From the NCBI GenBank assembly GCA_046563655.1, contig CM102290.1, positions 12,214,001 through 12,278,000 of the forward strand: a DNA stretch of 64,000 bases. Reading direction: 5' to 3'. The position numbers were made by a program, and so were the translations under genes. This DNA is from Yuukianura sp. NJ FZ-2021. Taxonomy: Eukaryota. Positions within the stretch are counted from its first letter, which is position 1; each line of letters opens with the position of its first letter. Positions 53,205 through 64,000 of this stretch are shown here, piece by piece. Under the pieces are notes generated by a model. The model did no database searches. It saw only the letters and a program-made list of their open reading frames with translations, and was not told the DNA's origin.

Positions 53205-54032
53205 ATGGGATTTCTGGATCGACTGGTCACTTTCCTTGGTCTGCGTAAAAAGGAAGTAAATGTGCTCGTGGTAGGATTAGATAACAGTGGGAAGTCTACG
53301 CTTCTCAATCACTTCAAACCAGAAGAACAGAAGGCTAGCGATATCGTTCCAACCATTGGATTCAACGTTGAGAAATTTCAGCGTACGTTCAATGATGAAC
53401 TTAATCTTCAACATAAGAGCTGAAATTAATCATTGTTAATTGTTTTTTCAGACAAGAACGTGGGATTCACTGCTTTTGACATGTCAGGTCAAGGACGCTA
53501 TCGTAGCTTATGGGAACACTACTACAGAGACTGCCAAGGAATCATTTTTGTGATTGACTCTAGTGACAAGTACCACAAAAACAATTTAACATTCAAGTGC
53601 ATTTCATTTGTCAAATTTGCTTAAAATTAATATGAAATGGTTATTTGTAACTTTAGACTGCGCTTTGTCGTAGCCAAGGATGAGCTGGACACGATGCTTC
53701 AGCAAGTACTGCTCATACAGATTTTAGAAAAATGGAATTTGAATTCTGAAATGATTGAAATTGAAATGAAATTCTGAAAATTTGTTGTTTTTTTCTGTCG
53801 TTTGTAGCCAGACATTTCCAATCGGCGTGTTCCAATTTTGTTCTTTGCAAATAAGATGGACGTGAAAGAAGCAATGTCAGCCGTCAAAATTTCGGCGGCA
53901 CTCGGTCTCGATCGGATTTCCAACAAACCTTGGCATATATGTGCCTCCAATGCTGTTACGGGAGAAGGACTACAGGAAGGCGTGGAGTGGCTGACGAGTC
54001 AAATCTGGGACTACGTCGAAAGGCGACGCTAA
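53205..54032 (+). CDS. ARL6: ADP-ribosylation factor-like 6 (BBS3) GTPase; four coding exons
   Basis: MGFLDRL...[68 protein letters not shown]. Confidence 0.96.
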
Positions 54033-54517
54033 AGCACTTTTTAAAAGCAATCAAAAGAAGCGTGTAGCTCTCTTTTTTAAAAAAGTGCGAACCATTTTTT
54101 AAAATGAATACAATTTGAGCACTGTTGTTAGATAAGTGCACCACATACGCTCAAGAGGCCTTAGAAGTTCCAAAGTCCGTCCAATTTCATTTTCAACTGT
54201 TCCGTCCAAATGATTAATCATATTTTGTTAATCAGAACTTAATTAAACTATGATTACTTGACACTCCTGCGACAAATGGTAGGATGACGTCACTTCTTCC
54301 ACTTGTCATTTACTTTCTATTTTATTAATAGAACAAAGTTATAACTTTAACTTCTGCTTTACAGCGTTCAACAGTTAGGGAGGAAGTGGTAAAGAGAAAG
54401 CTCTGTTGTAACCTTAATCATTTTCTGTACACCTTTCACATGACTAGGTTATGAATCACTTTAACACCTTGGTTAATTTAGACATTAATTGTAATTTGAT
54501 TTGTTTTGATTAATTAA

Positions 54518-55146
54518 TTAATCACAGCAGCAGCCGCAAATTCCTTTGATGCAGGTACATGGAAGGCACAGGATTTCCTTCATGCATTCGCACAGGAGGT
54601 ATGAAATGCAACAGAACAGGAGAACGACAGCCACGAACACTCCGAGTCCAAGCCACACGTAGTCCCATGTTGACCATCTAATCATTAATTAACGACATCA
54701 ATTAATTACTAATCAAGTTATGTCATTCCCAGACCTGCCAAAAATATTTAGTTCTCATGCCTGTAATGTTAACATGCATGGCAGCCGCAAAGTTAACCCT
54801 AGGCTCCACCCCCTCCGGAGTGGTTGCGTAAGGTCAACTACCGTAAATCTCCAAGTAGTACCCCGCTGACAAATAGTTGCCGCTGCCACTATTACCACCC
54901 ATTCCAGATTCCACTGAGGTGAACATGGTATCCTGGGGGTACTATTTGAAGATTTACGGTACTACAGACTCCTCCGTACAATTAGGTTAGACCAATCAAA
55001 GTTTCGTTCGAATCTTACCCTTCAAACAGTCCTCCGTCTGTCGTGTCATCGGCCTTTGTGGACCCTTGGTTCAGCGGAAGGGCTCCTACGAGATTTAGCA
55101 GAAACAAGCCGAATACCAATGCTCTAACGGCCAATCGGTAAGCCAT
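54518..55146 (-). CDS. Unrecognised 95-aa single-pass membrane microprotein with Cys-rich C-terminal tail; two coding exons (55019-55146, 54518-54677)
   Basis: MAYRLAVRALVFGLFLLNLVGALPLNQGSTKADDTTDGGLFEGWSTWDYVWLGLGVFVAVVLLFCCISYLLCECMKEILCLPCTCIKGICGCCCD*. A GG|GTAAGA donor and TAG acceptor join in phase 2. Both exons are GC-richer than their flanks. Confidence 0.8.
54841..54959. mobile_element. 119-bp Tc1/mariner-type MITE with TA target duplication
   Basis: TA|CCGTAAATCTCCAAGTAGTACCCC ... GGGGTACTATTTGAAGATTTACGG|TA, a 24-bp TIR with 2 mismatches. It lies in the microprotein intron. Confidence 0.9.
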
Positions 55147-56446
55147 TGCTTAAAGTTGGAAGAGAACTGCAGTTACTAATTTAGGTTAAGTGTTTAAATT
55201 AGACTTGGAAATCAAGTCTTAACACTGCAACAAGTGAAACACGATTAACTGATTTCTTGGCGCAGGAAACGTAGTTCCGCCACGACGTGACTCAGAGAGC
55301 TGGTGGATTTTGGATTCAACAATACTAATGTGCCTATGTGACGCAAAGTACTACAAAGACCTAGTACTTCAGTGGAATTGAGATATGACACGGTAATCTA
55401 CAATTTTATCAGGCACAGTTACACACCTTGAGTAATTACTAACGTTAAGCCACACAAACATTTATCACTTCCAGAAATTCTCTAGGGAAGACAGTCGACA
55501 CGATATGTGACAAGGTCGCTATTTAAAAGTTAATTTTGGAAAAAATAAAATTTTGAAAAAGTTGTTTTTTAAAGTTCATCGGAGCATAGCCTATCAAAAT
55601 CTGACCTCATGACCTTGATGATTGGACAAAATTAATCTAGTATTTTGCTTAAGTTAGATGACGGTGACGCCAATTCACTAGACCTAGACAGCGCTGTGTC
55701 ACGCCAACCATCGTGTTTTTAGCATCGTCATTTTATGAAATCATCATTTTTATTTAAAAAATCTCATAAGTGTGAAAAAAGCAACATTTCGAAAATTTTT
55801 ATCTTTAAATATTATTTTGAAGTTAGCCTCCACTTTAGTCTACTCGTTAACCTCAACCTGAAGTGAGGCTTTGATCCTGGACCGAGATTATGTTTGACCT
55901 TGAACTGACGTTAGACCTTGACCTTGTGACCTTACCTAATGGTTTTAATGAGAAGCATGCCTTGGGGGTGTAGTCGGGTAACACTTACGATGTTTCAAAA
56001 CTGGCCCATTTGGAGTGTTTATGTTAAGGAAATACAGCGAAGGAGGCCCTTCTTGAATTTTTTTGGAGGCGATAGGAAGAGGACGCCCAGGAGAAAGCTA
56101 GCTTTCACTCCTCAAATTTCTATGGACGCAGTAAGATCTAAAAGTATCTCAAGCTGTAGAATTTCTTTCTAAATAAGTTAATATACCAAAATATACTGAA
56201 TATAATTAATATACATACCAAAACATGTTTAAAAAGTGATATATTATTTTATTTGTAATCTCCAGCAGGAAACTAATAATGACCAAAAACTTGCAACATG
56301 TTAGATGTATTGTGGTGGTGAACCAACGTAGGTAAAAAGCTTCATGGTAGTTTTGTGAACTGTGACCTGTGACCTGAGGTCAAACTGAGGTTTGAGTGAT
56401 GGTGCTGAGTGGTAGTAAGGTGGATTTTGCAAACCAAATTAATAAC

Positions 56447-57124
56447 ATGGAGTCCAGACTTGGAATGAGTCGTGACCCAGAGGATCTCAATTCAAAAACT
56501 ACGGTGAGTTAAGTTTGACACGGAAAAATCGTGTTTTTCCTCACAAAAAAAAATCTGCGAAAGTTTTAAGAAAGTTCGGGGAAAAAATTGTTTTCTTCGA
56601 AAAGTTACAGCTTGAAAATGTCAATTCTGTTAGTTTAGAATTTGAATTATTGTAATTTTTCTTTCAGGTTCATTGGTCCTCTGTGATTGGTGAACCCGTG
56701 AATCTGCGTAGTCCAGATTGGGTCTGGAAGGCATCCAGCAGCATCTTTACTTTCGTGCAATCCTGGACATACAAAGGGCTGACGATCATTTTTGGTGCTC
56801 CGTTGGCCCTATTGCTAGCCCTCAACTTTGCAATCTTGGGATTTATTGTGAGTTTTTTTTAGAATTGACTCCAATCGCAGTCATACTCCTAATGCTTGAA
56901 ATTTTGATTTTTGACATGTTTAAAAGCAAATTTGGCTACTGAATCCCATCAACAAATTTTTGCAAGTATGTTGCAGCTTTCTACGCACTTTGATTGAAAA
57001 TGTAACCAACACTCTTCTGGGCCCATGCTTCGAAACAGTAGGTTCATGTCTGTCCAAGGTCAAAGTTCGTCATCAGAGGATCATCACTACCAAGGAAGAA
57101 GCCGTTTTCCCTTTCATCATTTAA
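56447..57124 (+). CDS. Caveolin family protein, 144 aa, three exons (56447-56503, 56668-56847, 56927-57124)
   Basis: Spliced product: RDPEDLN...VHWSSVIGEPVNLRSPDWVWKASSSIFTFVQSWTYKGLTIIFGAPLALLLALNFAILGFIQIWLLNP...GPCFETVGSCLSKVKV. It matches the caveolin RDP..N, FEDVIAEP-like signature, scaffolding, hairpin and P.FE.VG motifs. Confidence 0.9.
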
Positions 57125-57857
57125 GACGGAGCCGAAAATTTTCTGGTCTAGGGAGACAAATTTTAAGTCAAAATTTTGAAAACTCAATTCAACTTTCATT
57201 TCACTTTTTGTGGCACCACAAACACTTTCAACAAAGTTTTCCGCCGAAAGTCACAACTTAATTTGTTTGTGTTAGTAGAAAACGAGTACGAAGCAAGTTT
57301 GTGTTTATGCAAACTTTTAGTTGACAATACAAAGTTCGTACTGTGTATTCTAAGATAGCGTGCGGGAAATGTCATTTGAGTAGTATCTCAAAATGAAGGT
57401 TTGAGTAAATCCAGAATGCGTGGATGTGTAATTATAGGGTTGTGTTGATGCGTCCTCCATTGACCTCGTGACCTCACACAGAAACTAAGGTGGTAGTGAC
57501 AGTGTGCCGTTGGACACTGTCCAGGTACGCCTTGGCTCCATGACCTAATTTCTATTCACAAAAACTAATCTTATCTGAACTAGGTACGAATAGCAATGAA
57601 AATACAAAATAGCAGTGTTTTGTTCTCGTTTTTAGACAAGAGAAAATGACAGGACTAATGTGAACAGTTTAGAAAACAAAACTGTGCTACTTTCACTTCC
57701 TTTTGTCCAAAACTTATTCATCACAAAACTTTTTTTCATGGAAAACTTCGGGTTAATTCAATTTGAAAATGGAATGTCAAATCTTTGAAAATTTGGTCTT
57801 TTGTGTTTCATTTTTTTTTATATCAAAACTATAAACTCTTTGATTTATTAGTAAATT

Positions 57858-60791
57858 TCATCGTGTAGAACTTTCAACGCATTCTCCTCCGCGGCAAATC
57901 TGAATTATAAAAAACGGCTCCAAATTAACTTTTGAATTGAATATTTAAACTAATTCAATTAATTTTTCAAAACCCAACAAATAAAAATTTTTTAACAGTA
58001 CTTTTCCTTTGGCACAGTCAGTTCCTTCTAGCGCCGCATGCGTAGTAGTAGCGTGTGTCGTATTTGCACAGTACAACATTCCACAAATTGCCTAAAGTTA
58101 CAGTAAAACCAACATTGTTAAAATAAAGATTAATCATATTAGAAATGTTAAAAAGTGTTTAAAATGTGGAAATAAAACATTTACTGTCAAAATTGTTACG
58201 CATGCGCAGATCCCTTACGTTAAATGGTTTGGCTGTGGTCATGTAGGGCGTAAATTTCTTGCCAAGAGCCAAATGACATTGTTTTGTGGCATCAAACTTT
58301 TGACCCGGCAGTTTGCCATCTTTGTAGTCGATTTCAGTACTTTCTCGACTAGTTGTAGACAGGCACACAGGAGGCGTGGCTTGTCCACCGCTACCACGCA
58401 GATCAGGTGACCCCGATTTCATAAAGTCTTTAAGATTCTTACTAGAACAGGTTGACCAGGTCACCTTCCCTGTCCCTGTCGTAGGACTAAAACGAGAAAA
58501 AAAAGTCTTAATATAAATTTTTTTGGAATCATTTCTTCCATGACCTCTGACCTCATCAGAAACTTGTTGGCATCACAGGACTTGCATGTACCAGTGCCAT
58601 CGTGGTCCATTCCCACACTGTGACCCAGCTCATGAGCAATCACGTAAACGGATCCAAGTTGCAGCGCTTCACTGTTCAAAAAAAATTAACACAAAATTCG
58701 ACACTTAAATCCTAATTTTTCCAGGAAGTTCAAATTTTTTTGAAAATTTACCTCACGGAGCAACTGAAGTAGCGGTAGCACATAGTTCCCGCCCATGCCA
58801 AACCCGCTGTAAGACTCGACCCGCCTTCTTTCAAATCCGATCCAGTGAGAAGCAAACCGTGGTCCCACAGTGCGTTGTTTTTGTTCAAACTTCCCGCGTA
58901 TTCGCAAAAAGACGTCAAGTAGTCCTTGGCACTCTTTCCATTCTTCTTCATTTTGCTGGGCAATTTAGTCATCACTTCCAAGTGACATAACTTGAACATC
59001 ATTTCCGTTCCAAGCGATTTGTGCTCATAAATAATGTCCACCTAAAGTCAAATAGTTCAAAGATCAACCGAAATTTAACACATTAATCAATGATTACTTA
59101 AAATTTAGTAACTAGAACATACTGAATTGATAACAGTCAGGATGTACTCCTTGATTTTGGCATCAGTGTCTTTGGGGTAGCGGATTTTCATTTCATCATA
59201 AAACTCGGGATCCGTGAAAACAGCAATTTCCACAACAGACTTTTTTCCGGAAGTGCTCGCCTTTGTAGTTGCCTTCTTTGCGGAACTGCCCGTTTTCGCG
59301 GTGGGTTTCTTGGCCAACGGTTCTAATGCTATGACATAATCTTGTTCAGCTTGGATCTCCACGACGAGCGGAATGGCCTCTGCTTTTGTATGGTTCATCA
59401 CGTCCAATTCCCCTCGTTTGACAAGTTCGTTCATCGCCTCTTCCTCGGCAGCTTTTGCGTCTTCAGCTGCTTGTCTTTCCGCTTCTTTCAGTTTCTCCTT
59501 CGGTACATGCAGTTCTGTCAACAAAACGTATTTATTACTATGTATATTACCATATATGTAAAGCATAAGTTACGGTCAGTGGTGAGGTCAAGTCTAGCCA
59601 GGTCATCTGCCTCTGATGCTCTTCGAATGCGATGATGTGATTTCTTTGTTGTGGGATTCTCTGTTTCCGGAAGTGGCTCAATCAACCAACCTCCGTCACT
59701 CGTCATAATCAACCCACTCTACAAAAAAAAAAACGAGCACTTTCATTCCATTTCCAAGATTCAAACTACTTCCGCCTATTTTCACTAAAAGCTCAACTTT
59801 TTTTAACAAATGTGAAAATCCGGTATGCGGAAGGAAATGCAAAATTTTTAGCCAATTTTCACAAGTCGAAAATTCCGACGATTTCAAACACTGATTTTCT
59901 TGCGTTTAGTTACTAAATTGTTTTTGGACTTACAACTTGACCTTGTTCACCACACATGGAAATGGCCACTTTGGAATCTGGATCGGACTTGACGACGCCT
60001 GCGTACAGACAATCCACGGTGACGTTCAAATGTTCCCGGACAACCGTGTCGCCATCTTTGATCACAATTCTGGAACAGCAGTGGACCAAAATAAAATAAA
60101 ATAGAATGCAAAATTTAATTGATAAAGCATTACTTGAAGTCGGATGTGGTCAGTGACCTCGAGGTCACATGGATTTCCATACTTTCATTTTCAAATCTCC
60201 CGCCATTTATTTCGAAAATATGGTAGTCTCCTTCTCCCTTCGCAACGTTTACAGCTCTCCGCCTTCTTGGAGTCAAAAAGTTAACTTCCACAATTTCTCC
60301 GGGTGGGTCTGCTCCGTCCCACGAAAAACAATTTCAATTGTGTAATTCTTTTATAATAAATTTGAATTTTACTTCATGCTTCCTTATAAACTTACAATTT
60401 GACGTTCCAGAAATTACGGAGTTTGATTCCCTATAAACGACTGCACTTATCACACCCTGGTTACAAAGAAGCAAAAAGTCTGATTCAAAAATTGAAAAGA
60501 GTTCAGTGATTTTAAAAAACACAACAAGACCAGTCTACGATGACACTCCTGAAAATTTTTTCTGGAATTTTCTGTTCGTAAACTCTATAAAAGCAGTCGG
60601 ACCTAACAATTTGAATTGACGCTACAAAAAAAATCAACGAAATCGTGAATTTTGGCTGATAACAAAACTTAAAACTAAAATTTCAAAATTTCAACAATAT
60701 ACAAACTGACCTGTTGGATTTGACTCTGCTGTCCTAGTAGAAAGCAAATGAAAATCCAAGTTGTAGCAGAAACTATGGTTCTCATTCCCAT
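57858..60791 (-). CDS. Secreted ADAMTS-like M12B metalloprotease, copy 1 (signal, prodomain, catalytic, Cys-rich; no TSP1 repeats)
   Basis: Signal-like MGMRTIVSATTWIFICFLL and prodomain (CLYAG..., VAISMC, LIEPL). Catalytic motifs WDHGLLLTG.DL, GLAWAGTMC and zinc motif HELGHSVGMDHD with Met-turn. Then LPGQKFDATKQC and ALEGTDCAKGKICRGGECV before the stop. Confidence 0.88.
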
Positions 60792-61760
60792 ATTTTCCGC
60801 AAGGCTTTCAACAAATCCGTGACCTTATGACCCCACACTCACCAACTTTTTTTTAAAAAGCGGTTTTCCTGGAACTTTTAGCTCCTCTTGCGTTTGAGTT
60901 CCAAGTATAAATGCAATGTAAAGTATCATGGTTAAACCTCGGTAAAAGAGGAACAATCGGGATCCAATTATTTGCAAAAGTGATACTGGATCCTGTCCAG
61001 TGTCCCCCGCCCCCAAAACCCATTGTTGTGTCCCCTCCATATCAATTTCATCCCCACTGTGGACACTGTGGACTCCCTCTCATTAGACTCACGTTATTTC
61101 CCATTTCCTTTGCAAAATAACCTGTAGTGGCAGTTCACGTTAACTTTCCAATGCAACTTGTGGAATTCGGCACATGCAAAGATCCAGGGGCAATCGGGGT
61201 AAGTTAACCCTACCAGGGTCAGCCTTCCATTTCGTGTTTAAAAATAACAAAAACCAACTCAAATTGGTCACTTCCCTCGAAATTCAAATGTTTCAGCTTC
61301 AAGATCATACATCACACTTCAAACCAAACCACAAACGAGAGGTCATGCACGCCATGTGTCAGCATTTTGTCCAATGCATGCTGGAACACACCATCACTTT
61401 AAAATACTAAATCAATCAAAAAAAACTGGTCAAAATCATACAGTAAAGATGGACGCTATTCAAAGCTATCGGTTAGCCTTCAATAACTTTCAAAAAGTGT
61501 CACAAAAATTCATAAATTGCAACAAAGAATCAAATACAAGCAAAGAAAAATTAAAATACGAAGCCGAGTTTAGTGGTTTTTACAATGGTCACAAAAATTT
61601 TGAAATTACGAGGTGTTTAAAAAACGACACATTATTGTAATATATAGAAAATTTTGTTTTGAAATCAGTTTGTAAATGGAATCTCAGATTTTTCATAATT
61701 TCACTTTGTGTGTTCCCTTTTCTCATAAACAAAATAAACTTTTGGATGTATTAATCAATT

Positions 61761-64000
61761 TCATTTTTTCACGCAATTTCCTCCGCGGCAAATCTGAATT
61801 TCAAAAATAAACGATTCCAAATTAATTTTCAAATACAATATTGACAATAATTCAAATAATTTTTCGAAACACAAAATGAAATTTTTTAACCGTACTTTTC
61901 CTTTGGCACAGTCAGTCCCTTCAAGCGCCGCATGACTACTAATAGCATGTGTCGTATTTGCACAGTACAACATTCCACAAATTGCCTAAAGTTGCGGCAA
62001 AACCAACATGATGCTAACATTGTTAAAAGAAACAAAATGTTAAAAGATGCTTACGTTATATGGTGTGGATGTGGTTATGTAAGGCGTAAATTTTTTGCCA
62101 TGAGAAAACTCGCATTGCTTTGTGGCGTCAAACTTTTGACCCGGCAGTTTTCCATTTTTGTAATCAATTTCAGTACTTTCTCGACTAGTTTTAGACAGAC
62201 ACACAGGAGGCGTGGCATGTTTACCGAGCATGTCTGGTGACCCCGATTTCATAAAGTCTTTCAGATTCTTGCTAGAACATTTTGACCAAGTCACCTTTCC
62301 CGTACCGGTCGTAGGACTAAGATAAAAAAAATTTAAACCATTCTGAATTCACATTTGTCATGAGCGTGACCTCTGACCTCATCAGATACTTCTCGGCATC
62401 GCAGGATTTGCATGTACCTTCGCCATCGTGGTCTATTCCCAGACCGTGCCCTAGCTCATGAGCCATCACGTAAACGGATCCAAGCTCAACCGCTTCACTG
62501 TTCAAAAAGTAACATAAAATTTGACACAAATTCCACTTTTTCCAGGAAGTTCAACGTAATTTTTTGAAAATCTACCTGATGGAGCAACTTAAGTAACGCA
62601 AGCACATAGTTCCCGCCCATGCCAAACCTGCAAGCATATTCGACCCGTCTTCTTTCAAATCCGATCCAGTGAGCAGGAGACCATGGTCCCACAGTGCGTT
62701 GTTTTTGTTCAAACTTCCCGCGTATTCGCAAAAAGACGTCAAGTAGTCCTTGGCACTCTTTCCATTCTTCTTCATTTTACTGGGCAATTTAGTCATCACT
62801 TCCAAGTGACACAACCTGAAAATCATTTCTGTTCCAAGCGATTTGTGCTCATAAATGATGTCAACCTAAGCAAATAGGTCAAAGGTCAACCGAAATTTAA
62901 CACATTAATCAATAATTACTTAAAACTAGTTAAGTAAAACTTACTGAATTGACCACAGTCAGGACGTAGTCTTTGATTTTGGCATCAGTGCCTTTTGGGT
63001 ATCGGATTTTCATTTCATTATAAAACTCGGGATCCGTAAAAACGGCAATTTCGATGACAGACTTTTTTCCGGAAGTGCTCGCTTTTGAAGTTGCCTTCTT
63101 TCCGGAACTGCCCGAGTTCTTGGCCAACGGTTCCAGTGCTATGACAGAATCCTGTTCAGCCGTGACGAGCGGAATGACCTCTGCTTTTGTATGGTTCATC
63201 ACGTCCAATTGCCCTTGTTTAACAAGTTCGTTCATCGCCTCTTCCTCGGCAGCTTTTGCGTCTTCGGCTGCTTGTCGTTTCGCCTCCTTCAGTTTCTCCT
63301 GCGGTACATGCAGTTCTGTGATCAAAAGTTATTTATTACTATGCACGGCAGCATTTATGTAAAGCATAAGTTACGGTCAGTGGACAGGTCATTTGCCCCT
63401 GCTGCTCTCCGAATGCGATGATGTGATTTCTTTGTTGTGGGATTCTCTGTTTCCGGAAGTGGCTCAATCAACCAACCTCCGTCACTCGTCATAATCAACC
63501 CACTCTACAAAAACGACCAATTTCATTCAATTTCCAAGATCTACTCAAACTACTCCCGCCAATCTTCGCTCGACTTTTTTTTAGGAAATGCACAAATCCA
63601 GTACGCGGAAAGAAATGTAAAATTTTTAGTCAATTCTTAAAAGTCCAAAATTCCACGGAATTCGGAAACGGATTTTCTTGCGACGGTGTAATAAAACGTA
63701 TCTGGACTTACAACTTGACCTTGTTCACCACACATGGAAATGGCCACTTTGGAATCTGGATCGGACTTGACGACGCCTGCGTACAGACAATCCACGGTGA
63801 CGTTCAAATGTTCCCGGACAACCGTGTCGCCATCTTTGATCACAATTCTGGAACAGCATTGGACCAAAATAGAATAGAATAGAATGCAAAATTTAATTGG
63901 TAAAGCATTACTTGAAGTCAGATGTAGTCAGTGACCTCGAGGTCACATGGATTTCCATACTTTCATTTTCACATCTCCCGCCATTTATTTCAAAAATATG
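61761..64000 (-). CDS. ADAMTS-like M12B metalloprotease, tandem copy 2; 5' end beyond the right edge
   Basis: Same exon structure and high identity to copy 1. Zinc motif HELGHGLGIDHD; ends ICRGGNCVKK*. Confidence 0.88.

Noticed and set aside
1..64000. CRISPR arrays, rRNA, prokaryotic operons, autonomous transposase or reverse transcriptase genes
   Set aside because: None seen. The window is spliceosomal-intron-containing animal DNA with only non-autonomous elements.

Overview
This is eukaryotic, intron-rich genomic DNA from an arthropod. A compact, AT-rich hexapod genome is inferred, but the species cannot be determined from the sequence alone. The left half (1-31150, minus strand) holds the 5' portion of the giant muscle gene projectin/twitchin (bent/unc-22). 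It comprises an Inr+DPE promoter, 8 Ig domains, a PEVK-like region built from many phase-0 cassette exons, further Ig domains and the Fn3-Fn3-Ig core, which runs off the left edge. To its right, in order: a Wsck-type WSC-Fn3-TM pseudokinase (+), a one-intron class-3-lipase-like gene with a bacterial-looking motif set (+), a BRPF/peregrin-like gene lacking PWWP (-), SMIM13 (-), a short NCOA5-like gene (+), Sec13 (+), Arl6 (+), an unrecognised 95-aa Cys-tailed single-pass microprotein (-), caveolin (+), and two tandem truncated ADAMTS-like M12B proteases (-). Three MITEs and one further repeat insertion sit in introns. The most interesting signals are missing from the ORF track. They are a duplicated pair of 87-nt projectin exons differing in a PKA site with a possible RNA stem between them, three related RPG-motif microexons, the Cys-rich microprotein head-to-head with caveolin, and the candidate horizontally acquired lipase. 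Exon models were built by hand from splice signals and frame, without transcript evidence.
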